From a virus: a DNA stretch of 64,000 nucleotides. Where the stretch lies: IMG/VR virus record IMGVR_UViG_3300023179_000071, positions 17,877 to 81,876 of that record. One strand, written 5' to 3'. Under the pieces are notes generated by a model, which was given only the letters and a program-made list of their open reading frames with translations, was not told the origin of the DNA and did no database searches. Of this stretch, positions 9,473 through 19,250 are shown one piece after another. Position 1 is the stretch's first letter; each line of letters begins with the position of its first letter. The translations under genes and the position numbers were made by a program.

Positions 9473-12400
9473 TGAGAATAGCAGTAAACTATAATGATCT
9501 TATACAGTATCCGTTAACTATTTATAGAGTAGGCGGAGAATTTACATTACGAAATCCGTATGATCATAGCACTATTACTTTATCAATAGGGTATGGTGAT
9601 GGAAATGGTATTAATGTACCATTACAGGTTGGTACTATAGCATCTGAATTTACTAATTTTACATATTCATATGAAGATATTATTAAAATAGCTAAATTAG
9701 AAAATGCATATTATACACAATTAATATATGCTAGCTTAGAATTGGTAATGTTAGATGCCTATGGTAAAGTTGTAGCTTATCTAACTACTAATAATACTGG
9801 TGATCATAATCCTACATTAGTAGGTCCAGGATATCGTGCTACGATTGAGTTTGGTAGTTTGCCCGAGATTGATAGTTGTTATGGTCCAGAAGCATACTGG
9901 GTAATAGGAAAAAATGATAATAGTAGTGTTTTTAACAATATTTCTGCCTATAAAATTATACCACCAGAAATTATAGTTACTCCTACTCCTACACCCACAC
10001 AAACACCAACGGTCACTCCGTCAGTAACATATAGTACAACACCCACTCTAACTGCTACTAACACACAAACACCAACCAAAACACCCGCACCAACTCGCAC
10101 ACAAACTAGCACTCCAACAAGTTCTATTACTCCTACCCGCACACAAACAGGCACACCAACTCGTACTAGCACACTCACACGAACTCCTACTACAACAACA
10201 ACATTAACACAATCAACAACCCCAACACCAACCCCTACCGCTACTACAACCACCACTTTAACGGCTACGCAAACTTGCACTCCAACAGCAACCAGCACAC
10301 GCACACTTACTCCTAGTGTTACATCTACTACTACTCCTACTCCTAGTGTAACCAATACAAATACTCCAACTGTTACACGCACACCAACAGTAACACCCAC
10401 ACCCACAGCATTAGTATCAAATGTGTTAGTTTGGGGAGATAATTCATATGGTCAATTAGGAATGAGTTATCTGCTCAATGATAGATTTATTGATCCTCCG
10501 AGACTATCAGAACAAACTGTTTCAGCACTAGCTAACTACCAAAATATACTAAATTATAGAGATAATGGATCATCTGACTCTGTGCTTTTTGATGCTATTG
10601 CGCCAGGATCAAATTTTAGTGTTGGTATAGACTCTAGTGGCTCATTACATAGCGTGGGAGTAAATGCTTGGGGTCAACTAGGATTAGGTAATTTTGAAAG
10701 TAAATCAATGTTTACCCGTATTTCTGATTCTTCTCTGAATGGTGTAGTATTTAAACAGGTTAGTCTCGGAAATATGCACGCGGTAGCATTAGATTCTAAT
10801 GGTAATGCTTGGACTTGGGGTCGTAATTCTGATGGTCAGTTAGGAAATCATTATCTACCCAGACCTATTAATAGTATCACAACAATAGATGCTGATATTT
10901 CGCTATATGATCTTAAAATTAATTATGATGTTAGAGAAGAGTATTCTCTTAATGACGAAGTTATACTAGATTATTATAGTGGATCTATACACAAAACTAG
11001 CGTGGCCAAGATATGGGTTGCTCCAACATATGCTAGTGGAGAAACTAATATTAGAATACAGTGGGAAAATTACGAGGCTTTAGATTTTAGTATTATTCCT
11101 ACAATAGTATCCAAAACCAAAATTGATATTGATCCAGGATTATTGGCAAATCCAACACCTAAGCAGCTAAAAGTATACAAAGAGTATAGATATTGCATAG
11201 ATAACGATACTGTATTTTTTGCAACTCCTACACCAACTCCAACTATCAGTTATAGTGCCACCACAACACCAACACTAACATCTACTGTAACTCCATCTAC
11301 AACATCAACTTTAACAGCTACTCCTACTAATACTAGTACAACAACACTAACTCCTACTCCTACAGTTAGCCAGTCTCCATCTCCGTCAGCTTCGCCCGGT
11401 CAAACTCAAACGCCAACAGCAACCCCAACATCAACGGCCACTTTAACTGCTACCCCCACAACCACATTAACGTTGAGTGCTACCAGAACACAAACACCTA
11501 CCAATAGTCCCACACCATCCACTACAGTTAGTGTAACCCCAACTAGTTCAGTAACTCCAACTAATACTGGTACTGTTACTCCCACAATGACAGTAACTCC
11601 TACAAAACAGTCTTTCCCAGTACTAACAATTTATGGCGATATTAGTTCAATTTTGACTAATGTTAATAAATCTAGCGTAATGGTTAATGTATATGATGAG
11701 AATTCTAGTCCACCATTATTATACAAAGTTAAGGTATTGGATGTTGAGTGGCTATCTAATTATGGTATTACAAAAATTCGTATCGACCATCCTGGATTGA
11801 ATAATCTAGATCCTAAGAGGATGAAATATGTCTCTATTATACGCTTTAGTAATGAAACCTCTTATGAATACGAAACATTCTCCAGAGTTTATGGTGGAGA
11901 ATCTCATACGATGGCTATGGATACTCAAGGCAGACTATTCGTTTGCGGAAGTAATAAGTATGGCCAATTAGGATTAGGATTGATCCAAGAACTTAATGCT
12001 GCAAAAGATATACTAATAGTACAAAATAAACCTGTGGTGCGTATTGGCTTAACAACAACAATGAGATTAGTTAATCCACCACCCGGTCGTGGCTATTGCT
12101 ATAATAGAGGTTTTAGCTGGAAGAAAATTTCGTTAGGCCGGTTCCATACTCTAGCTTTAGATGGTATGGGGCAAATGTGGGTGTGGGGAGATAATGACTT
12201 TGGCCAGTTAGGTTTAGGGGATAGCACAACTCTATTAGCTAAAGCTATTGTAGTACAAGAAAACTATCCGTCTGTTGGTAGTATAGGAGAAAGAGATCTT
12301 CCAGACAGAGCAAATGTTGTTATTCCATATGCACCATTACCAATTAAGATGTATGTATTGCAAGATAACTATTCAGATATACAAAATCAGAGTATAGAAA

Positions 12401-12996
12401 CAGATTACTGGATTGATATTGCTGCCGGTGCATACCATAATCTTGCTATCAAGAAAGAATTCTCAAATGTTACATCTTATGGTTCTTTATGGGCTTGGGG
12501 AGACAATACTTTTGGTCAATTAGCAAGAGTTAATACTTCTCCAAAAATTATTTCGTCTAATCCTGATGAGTTAGATATTGCTCAAGTAGATTTTGGATCT
12601 GTTAATAATGATAATAGTCGTAACTATTGGAGAAGAGTATATGCAAGTCGTATTACATCATTTGCGCTTAAATCTACAGATAATAAATTATATTCATGGG
12701 GAGAGAGCAATTTAGGACAAACAGGAAATGTTACTACTCGTACAGCATTAACTTCTTCTATTAGAAATATTCCTTCTGTAGTGAATTTGCCCACTATTCC
12801 TTTTGAATTACCAACTAATGCTAACGGTCCATGGGGTACTATTAATATTAGTGGAAATATAGATCAGATAGATAATATTGGTATAGGACATTTGGCCAAT
12901 CATATGTTAGTGATTCCAAATAGACTATTTCCAACACCAACTCCGACTCCTAGTGTGACAGCATCCCAAACGCCAACACCGTCACCTAGTGCATAA
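9472..12996 (+). CDS. RCC1-repeat virion protein with three Thr/Pro tracts
   Basis: WGDNSYGQLG, WGRNSDGQLG, CGSNKYGQLG, WGDNDFGQLG, WGDNTFGQL, WGESNLGQTG. TAATG translational coupling with the upstream gene. Confidence 0.8.
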   Translation: MRIAVNYNDLIQYPLTIYRVGGEFTLRNPYDHSTITLSIGYGDGNGINVPLQVGTIASEFTNFTYSYEDIIKIAKLENAYYTQLIYASLELVMLDAYGKVVAYLTTNNTGDHNPTLVGPGYRATIEFGSLPEIDSCYGPEAYWVIGKNDNSSVFNNISAYKIIPPEIIVTPTPTPTQTPTVTPSVTYSTTPTLTATNTQTPTKTPAPTRTQTSTPTSSITPTRTQTGTPTRTSTLTRTPTTTTTLTQSTTPTPTPTATTTTTLTATQTCTPTATSTRTLTPSVTSTTTPTPSVTNTNTPTVTRTPTVTPTPTALVSNVLVWGDNSYGQLGMSYLLNDRFIDPPRLSEQTVSALANYQNILNYRDNGSSDSVLFDAIAPGSNFSVGIDSSGSLHSVGVNAWGQLGLGNFESKSMFTRISDSSLNGVVFKQVSLGNMHAVALDSNGNAWTWGRNSDGQLGNHYLPRPINSITTIDADISLYDLKINYDVREEYSLNDEVILDYYSGSIHKTSVAKIWVAPTYASGETNIRIQWENYEALDFSIIPTIVSKTKIDIDPGLLANPTPKQLKVYKEYRYCIDNDTVFFATPTPTPTISYSATTTPTLTSTVTPSTTSTLTATPTNTSTTTLTPTPTVSQSPSPSASPGQTQTPTATPTSTATLTATPTTTLTLSATRTQTPTNSPTPSTTVSVTPTSSVTPTNTGTVTPTMTVTPTKQSFPVLTIYGDISSILTNVNKSSVMVNVYDENSSPPLLYKVKVLDVEWLSNYGITKIRIDHPGLNNLDPKRMKYVSIIRFSNETSYEYETFSRVYGGESHTMAMDTQGRLFVCGSNKYGQLGLGLIQELNAAKDILIVQNKPVVRIGLTTTMRLVNPPPGRGYCYNRGFSWKKISLGRFHTLALDGMGQMWVWGDNDFGQLGLGDSTTLLAKAIVVQENYPSVGSIGERDLPDRANVVIPYAPLPIKMYVLQDNYSDIQNQSIETDYWIDIAAGAYHNLAIKKEFSNVTSYGSLWAWGDNTFGQLARVNTSPKIISSNPDELDIAQVDFGSVNNDNSRNYWRRVYASRITSFALKSTDNKLYSWGESNLGQTGNVTTRTALTSSIRNIPSVVNLPTIPFELPTNANGPWGTINISGNIDQIDNIGIGHLANHMLVIPNRLFPTPTPTPSVTASQTPTPSPSA
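9978..10407 (+). repeat. Thr/Pro-rich mucin-like tract (~140 aa)
   Basis: Almost exclusively T/P/S/V/R/Q/L residues. Confidence 0.9.
11221..11604 (+). repeat. Thr/Pro-rich mucin-like tract (~125 aa) inside the RCC1 region
   Basis: ATPTPTPTISYSATTTPTLTSTVTPS...TMTVTPT. Confidence 0.9.
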
Positions 12997-13027
12997 TTGA
13001 TAATAGCTATTATATAGGATATAAAAT

Positions 13028-15079
13028 ATGGGAGTAAAGATATGGTATGCTGGAGTAGATCTAAATAAGTTTGGACCTACTCCGTTCATTAATATGAGTA
13101 AAAATACTAATAGAGATAGTGCTAATGTACATATCTTATCTGAAACTATTAATATTACTATAGAAGGAAAGATTACAGCATATAAAAAAGGAATTAATGA
13201 ACAAAATCATAAACCTGGAATAGATAGGCTATTAGAGGATGAAAAACAATTACGTCATTTGTTTAGTAGAGACGGAGTATTAGCAGTTCATTGCACTCCG
13301 GATAATAGTAATCCTGGTTGGGCAGGAGCATTGACTGGTGGTAAATTTGGTTTCTGGTGGGATGATACTGTAACGGCTGCTGGTGGTGCGGTTGGTAAAG
13401 GCATGATGTGTAAGGTGATTAGTTATCAAATTTCTAAAACAGATGATAACTGGGTTCAGAGTATTGATTATAGTATAGAGCTTCAATGTAATCATTCTAA
13501 AAATGCCACATTACCACATGCCCATCACTATACTATTAGTAGTTACAATGATGAATGGACAATAGAACCTGTTGAAGATACATCCTATTTTCATTTACAG
13601 GTTCTTAATAATAATCCTAATGCAACATCTCCGCCAAATTTTCCAGCTGGGTTAAATAAATTAGACAATTTAATTCAATTTAGAATAAGTCATAGATTAA
13701 GTGCGCAAGGATTGTCTGCTCCAATCGGACAATACAATCAGGGTGAAGTAGCAGGAGCTAGTAGAAATTTTAATGAATCAGCATGGTATAATGCTAAACG
13801 ATTTGTCGAAGAACATTTAAAAATGCCACATAATAATATTAATCATGTATTCTTAGCATATAATAATGGAGGATTTGGTCAGCATAGCTATGTTACAGAA
13901 GGTAATTTAACAGGAACTAAAACTCAAGCAGAAGAAATATATCTATATAATCATGTAAGAGCTGTTAATGTTAGCGAATCTAATGGCACATACGAACTTA
14001 CTGATACGTGGTTGGCATTAAGTAAACCAACACACTATTTAGAGGATTATAGTGTTGAGGTTACTCAAGATACTAATTTTAATGTTACAGCTCGTATAAA
14101 TGGAACTGTACAAGGATTAGAGATAAAAAAAGGAGGATATAATGAGGGTGCGCCAATGGGTCAAACCACAACACATAATACTTATAATGGTAACTATACT
14201 CTTGGTTTAGACTTTAGCAGGATCGATTTGCAAAATATTAATGAGGGCGCTATTTATAGTACTAAATATAGTAACGCTTTAGAAGCTTGGAGAAATTATA
14301 TTGAGCCATTATTATATGCTAGAACTAATACTATGGCAATGTATATGGTTCAAGGACAAACAACAGCTATAAATGCTAATAGTAGCGTTATAGATAATAC
14401 ACAAAATCAATTAACTAGAAGCGCTTGGGGAGGAGTTATTCCTTCTGTTACAGACGGTGGATTTTTCCAAATAAGATATCCTCAAAATAATTTTGGAACG
14501 TGTGATTATATTGATAAAAAAGAAAACATTATTTTAGATACGCGATTTGTTAATAAAACTATAGGTAGCGATCCTAGTCGAGGCACCATAACATATAGTT
14601 GTGAATTCAATAATAGACGAGGTGCTAATCAACTTAAGGGCGGAACTATTTTATCACTAAATGTACAAGACTCTAAACCAGCAGATATTGTGGCAGAAAT
14701 GTTTGTATTAGGAAGAAAAAGAGGACCAATATTACAGGACACAGGAAGCAAAACAGCTAAAACACGACAAGTGAGTATAGAAATACAAACACCAATTCCA
14801 AGAAATATGGCAGAATTTGATATGAGATATAATGCTTGTCCAATGTGGACAGGTGGTATCATTTATAAGGATCTACTAAATATTATTGATATGTTAAGGC
14901 CAGTATTACCAGACACATGGACACCTGTTAAGCTAGCCGAATTGAGGGCTAGAGATAATACTATACAACTTATTAACGGATCATATGCTGGTCAGGTGTA
15001 TATTAAGTCAGACGATGAATCGTGGAATCCAATCGAAGGACGTTTTTCCAAGAATATTACTTGGGTTTATGATGCTTAG
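13028..15079 (+). CDS. Putative tail/baseplate structural protein
   Basis: Long beta-rich ORF with AGGA SD in the structural block; function inferred from context only. Confidence 0.55.
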   Translation: MGVKIWYAGVDLNKFGPTPFINMSKNTNRDSANVHILSETINITIEGKITAYKKGINEQNHKPGIDRLLEDEKQLRHLFSRDGVLAVHCTPDNSNPGWAGALTGGKFGFWWDDTVTAAGGAVGKGMMCKVISYQISKTDDNWVQSIDYSIELQCNHSKNATLPHAHHYTISSYNDEWTIEPVEDTSYFHLQVLNNNPNATSPPNFPAGLNKLDNLIQFRISHRLSAQGLSAPIGQYNQGEVAGASRNFNESAWYNAKRFVEEHLKMPHNNINHVFLAYNNGGFGQHSYVTEGNLTGTKTQAEEIYLYNHVRAVNVSESNGTYELTDTWLALSKPTHYLEDYSVEVTQDTNFNVTARINGTVQGLEIKKGGYNEGAPMGQTTTHNTYNGNYTLGLDFSRIDLQNINEGAIYSTKYSNALEAWRNYIEPLLYARTNTMAMYMVQGQTTAINANSSVIDNTQNQLTRSAWGGVIPSVTDGGFFQIRYPQNNFGTCDYIDKKENIILDTRFVNKTIGSDPSRGTITYSCEFNNRRGANQLKGGTILSLNVQDSKPADIVAEMFVLGRKRGPILQDTGSKTAKTRQVSIEIQTPIPRNMAEFDMRYNACPMWTGGIIYKDLLNIIDMLRPVLPDTWTPVKLAELRARDNTIQLINGSYAGQVYIKSDDESWNPIEGRFSKNITWVYDA

Positions 15080-15093
15080 TACAAGGACAAGAC

Positions 15094-18000
15094 ATGACAT
15101 ATATACCACCACCAGATCCGCAGTGTAGCCCTGTTCCTATGGGGAATCAAGCCCCATCATCCTTTAATAACTATAGAACAGGCATTAGTAATTATAGCGC
15201 ACACACAGGTGATGTTCTCAATGTTGTTCCTACGCCAACTCCGGCTGTACCATCTCCTACAGCAACACCACATGCTCGTCAAGGTAGTTTAAATGCATGG
15301 GGAAATAATCCTCCTGTTCCAGCAGTTACTAAAACTGCCACACAAACAGCAACTGCCACAACGCCGATTAATCCTATTGATTTTCCAAATTCTATACTAC
15401 CACGAGGAAATATAGATACTGGATTAGCTTTACCAAGCAATATGTTTGGTCCGTATCCTCAAACTTTATTTTTGGGTTGTAGTGTAGCTAGTTTTAATGT
15501 TAGTTTAGGTTGGGGTAATCAGCCATCTCAATTATCGGTAACTTTAGTTGAAGATCCTAGTCCTCATTATACTATGACATATGACGGAGGATTGTATAGA
15601 AATGCCGCTCTAGCTCAGCAAAATTCTGTTAATCATTACTATCAAATTTTAAAACCAACAAGAGATGCTAATGGTAATGTTAACGAAGACGCTAAGGCAT
15701 ATAAAACTAGAATAAGGCAATTTTTAGATACTAATGGTAATATTATTGTTCCTGGTAAATTATTTTATCATTATAATACAACATTAGGAGTTATACAACA
15801 AAAATATTGGCTAGGTCCTGATCCAGGATTCATAGGGGCCAGAAACCGTTTTCGTCGTAATGGTAGAGTTACTCTTGGTACAGATCCTATAACCGGTCAG
15901 ACTAATGTGGAACTTGGAGAACCGGTAGATATTATAGGATGTCCGGTCTTTTTTCAATTAGATGATTTTGTGTTTTGTGGTATTGTAAAATCATGGAAAA
16001 GCATCAACTCTGGAACAGGAGGACGTTCCTATCAAGTAGATATTGAAGGACCAAATGAAATAGTAAATCAAGCTCAGTTGATTTTAAACAATTATTCTGG
16101 CGGAGTATTTGTCAAAGGTACAACTATGCCAACGCCCCCAAGCGGAGACAGTAATGATGCTAATAGACCATATATTTCTGGTCCATCTAATAATTTCTGG
16201 GATAGTAATGAAGTTAACTTGGCCGATGCCTTTCAGGGTAATATTGGTTTAGATGGTAATATACCTAATATTTTAAATATCTATGGATTTCTGGAAGCAA
16301 TGGCGCCCGGTGGTTTTGGCGGAGCTAATATCAATGATAGCGGGATAAGAACAAATAGCGTAGTTTATACTTTAAATTACCTACTAGGAATTCCTGTAAC
16401 ATCAACAGCATTGCCTGGACGAACAAACAGAAGTGTTTTTAGTCCTTTTGGAGCATTAGTTGGTCGTAGTCCTATGAGTGCAACTCCAAGAGAAACTCCA
16501 TTAGACACTTTAGCAATGGAGATCTATAGACCAAATCTTGGTAGTGTGCCTAAGGCACGAAACTCTATACATCCTATTAATTACGGAGGAAGTAATCCTC
16601 AATTATCATTTCCTTTAAGCAGAGTCAAAGAACGTTCTAGTGGAGGATATGCTACAGATGGCACAGTATCTGGATTTTTAGAAATAGGAGACGATGGGGC
16701 AGTATATAGGAATAGCGCACCAATTGGTGCTGATGCATCAGGAACAGAATATAATATTTTTGATTTTGGTCTTATCCCACCTGATGATATTAGTGCAACT
16801 ATTCCATCCGGAGGAAATAATCCAATTATTAATCAAGAAGTTAAGCAATTGTACTATTTAGATTTGGGAGAATTACCGGTAGTTCCAAACCAATTAAGAA
16901 CAGATTGCTCTCAGGGTGTGATGGATCTTAATGCATTCATCACAGAAATCTGCGATAAGTCCGGGGTAGATTTTTTCTATGAAATGTTATTCCTAAAGGT
17001 ATACACAGGGTATCCTGCAATCAAAATTATCAAATTAAGAACGGTATCCAGAAGAGTACAGCCATCTGATCGAAAAATTTCCGATTATATTGCAAGATTG
17101 CGCGAACAAAAAGTGGCTGTTAGTTCGGTAAGTCTGGGTAAAGAATACAATTCGTCAGCCAAGCCAAGAACAATGCTTATAGGAGCTAAACAACAAAGAT
17201 TATTTCAAACCAAAAATTATGGTTTAGCATATAAATCTAGTAATTATTTATATCATACAACATATAAAACTTTTATACACTATGATGATATTTTATCTGG
17301 TAGAATTGGACATGCAAAATTCAAAAATTATTACAGAATGCCCAATCCGTCTTCTGTGCGAGACCCATTAGCATTAAATAGACCAGCATCAATAACAAGA
17401 CCCAATGAAAAACCAGTAGATAATTTTTATCTTCAGGAGGATACTTATAATGTATCTACTGGAGATAATAATATTTTCCCAGCAAAAGGTAACTATTACA
17501 AATCTGATAGCTCTATCAGTACATCAACTACAGATGTAAATACTATACCAGCTCAAAATGGATCTACAACAATTAAATATTCTGATGTTTTTTTAAGAGA
17601 TATAGCAAAAGCATTATTTTCTTGGTCAACAAGCGCATTTGTTGATGCATCTCGTGACAATAATTTTACCCAAAGTTTACATGAGAGAACGCCATTTTGG
17701 AATACTTCTTATACAGGAGCCAGCGGATTTGGCACATCAGCTTCTAATAATTCTAGGAACGCAGGAACAGAAAGTACTATTTTAAGCAATTTTTCACGCG
17801 CAATAGCAGAAATTGGTTATAATGTATGGAATACCAATAATAAATCTCATTATATTACGAATAGAAATAAGTATTTAATTAATAAAGATGCTAGCTGGGG
17901 ACTAAATGATGGAGATAGTAGATTCTTACCAATTATGTATTGCAGCGTATGTCCATATTTTGGAACTGTTGATTATATTGATAAATCAAAATCACAATAT

Positions 18001-19239
18001 AATTTAGTTGATAAAACAAGAAAACCCAGACCAGTCTGGTTTGATACATGGCTTAATGGGATTGTTATAGAATTTAATGTTAAAGAACTACCTATTACAC
18101 GATTAGAATTAGAAGGAATATATAATGGCGGAACATTTATAGTACATGAAACAGAGATTAGGGCGGCATTAGCAGGGTATGATTCATGGATCGGCTATCT
18201 TAGTATGAGAATACATGATCCTCATATTAAGCAAATGATCAAAAATGCTGTTTGTGGTAATAGAACTATTCCTGGAAAAGAAAGAACTAATAATCAAGCA
18301 ACAAGAAGAAACGAACCGTCCGCTCCTGGAACAGCTAATATGAATGATACATCAACAACATTTTCTGGTCAAGGAGCCAATAAACCCCAACAAAAAGATA
18401 CAACATCTGATTGGCAGGCTACCTCAGATAATGATTGGGATGCTTGCGCTATTTTTTGCGCTTTATTTAAAATAGATACAGCACTTAACCAAAAAACTAA
18501 AAGCGCTAATGCTGGATCCTCAACACCAAAGAATCGCGCCGCTGGTCTACAAAGTGCTTTAGTGGATGATCTAAAAACCTTACATGCATTTTTTAAGAGA
18601 ATTGGTGACGAATATTATGGTAAACAATTTATGGTAAGATTGCCCATGGTATTGTCATATAGAGATAGAGATACTATGATTAATATGGATCCCAGACCAA
18701 CCCCAACACCGGCACCTAATTCTGCTAATACTGGTAGCACTAGTTCTACTACTGGTGGACCGTCTGGACAACCATCTAATGAAGAAGGAGGTACCGTATC
18801 TAATCCTAATGCCGGAAATGTACCAGCACTCACTCAATTTAAATATGTAAATATAGGATCAGCCGCTAATCCGCGTTATGTTACTGAAGGAACTGGTAAA
18901 ATCTATTCTAATTATAGTATTAGTCCAGAAGGAGCATGGGAAGAATATGGTAATAGTATTGATGATTCTATTATGGTAGGAGGATATGCTGCTTCTATTT
19001 TTACAGATGAAAATGGTAGAATCAAACCAATATTAGGATATCCGGCTGATGATAAATTTGATTATGAAGCATATTGGTGTTGTGAATGGGTTAGAGATAA
19101 TGTATGTAAACTTGTTAATGGTCCTAATATGTTTTATTTTTATGATATTCTTAAACGATCTAATGCATTATCTAATGCTAATAGATATACAGATTTTGAT
19201 CGCAGTACTAATAATAACAATACAAATGCTTGTTCTTAA
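15094..19239 (+). CDS. Putative baseplate hub/tail-tip protein, N-terminal part
   Basis: FLGCSVASFNVSLGWGNQPSQLSVTLVED..FQLDDFVFCGIVKSW and FITEICDKSGVDFF resemble the hub (gp27/gp44-like) pattern; AAGGA SD. Confidence 0.55.
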   Translation: MTYIPPPDPQCSPVPMGNQAPSSFNNYRTGISNYSAHTGDVLNVVPTPTPAVPSPTATPHARQGSLNAWGNNPPVPAVTKTATQTATATTPINPIDFPNSILPRGNIDTGLALPSNMFGPYPQTLFLGCSVASFNVSLGWGNQPSQLSVTLVEDPSPHYTMTYDGGLYRNAALAQQNSVNHYYQILKPTRDANGNVNEDAKAYKTRIRQFLDTNGNIIVPGKLFYHYNTTLGVIQQKYWLGPDPGFIGARNRFRRNGRVTLGTDPITGQTNVELGEPVDIIGCPVFFQLDDFVFCGIVKSWKSINSGTGGRSYQVDIEGPNEIVNQAQLILNNYSGGVFVKGTTMPTPPSGDSNDANRPYISGPSNNFWDSNEVNLADAFQGNIGLDGNIPNILNIYGFLEAMAPGGFGGANINDSGIRTNSVVYTLNYLLGIPVTSTALPGRTNRSVFSPFGALVGRSPMSATPRETPLDTLAMEIYRPNLGSVPKARNSIHPINYGGSNPQLSFPLSRVKERSSGGYATDGTVSGFLEIGDDGAVYRNSAPIGADASGTEYNIFDFGLIPPDDISATIPSGGNNPIINQEVKQLYYLDLGELPVVPNQLRTDCSQGVMDLNAFITEICDKSGVDFFYEMLFLKVYTGYPAIKIIKLRTVSRRVQPSDRKISDYIARLREQKVAVSSVSLGKEYNSSAKPRTMLIGAKQQRLFQTKNYGLAYKSSNYLYHTTYKTFIHYDDILSGRIGHAKFKNYYRMPNPSSVRDPLALNRPASITRPNEKPVDNFYLQEDTYNVSTGDNNIFPAKGNYYKSDSSISTSTTDVNTIPAQNGSTTIKYSDVFLRDIAKALFSWSTSAFVDASRDNNFTQSLHERTPFWNTSYTGASGFGTSASNNSRNAGTESTILSNFSRAIAEIGYNVWNTNNKSHYITNRNKYLINKDASWGLNDGDSRFLPIMYCSVCPYFGTVDYIDKSKSQYNLVDKTRKPRPVWFDTWLNGIVIEFNVKELPITRLELEGIYNGGTFIVHETEIRAALAGYDSWIGYLSMRIHDPHIKQMIKNAVCGNRTIPGKERTNNQATRRNEPSAPGTANMNDTSTTFSGQGANKPQQKDTTSDWQATSDNDWDACAIFCALFKIDTALNQKTKSANAGSSTPKNRAAGLQSALVDDLKTLHAFFKRIGDEYYGKQFMVRLPMVLSYRDRDTMINMDPRPTPTPAPNSANTGSTSSTTGGPSGQPSNEEGGTVSNPNAGNVPALTQFKYVNIGSAANPRYVTEGTGKIYSNYSISPEGAWEEYGNSIDDSIMVGGYAASIFTDENGRIKPILGYPADDKFDYEAYWCCEWVRDNVCKLVNGPNMFYFYDILKRSNALSNANRYTDFDRSTNNNNTNACS

Positions 19240-19250
19240 AAGGTTATAAT

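Noticed and set aside
9948-10406. Minus-strand Val/Gly-rich ORFs (also 5647-5850)
   Set aside because: Antisense shadows of Thr/Pro codon tracts; no RBS.
4150-11604. Thr/Pro tracts as DNA tandem repeats or contingency loci
   Set aside because: Codons are diversified with no exact long nucleotide unit; the repeat is maintained at protein level.
6900-12930. Eukaryotic or giant-virus origin suggested by RCC1 and mucin-like repeats
   Set aside because: SD-led, coupled operons, sigma70 promoters and bacterial-type DnaE/DnaB/DnaG/SSB indicate a bacteriophage.
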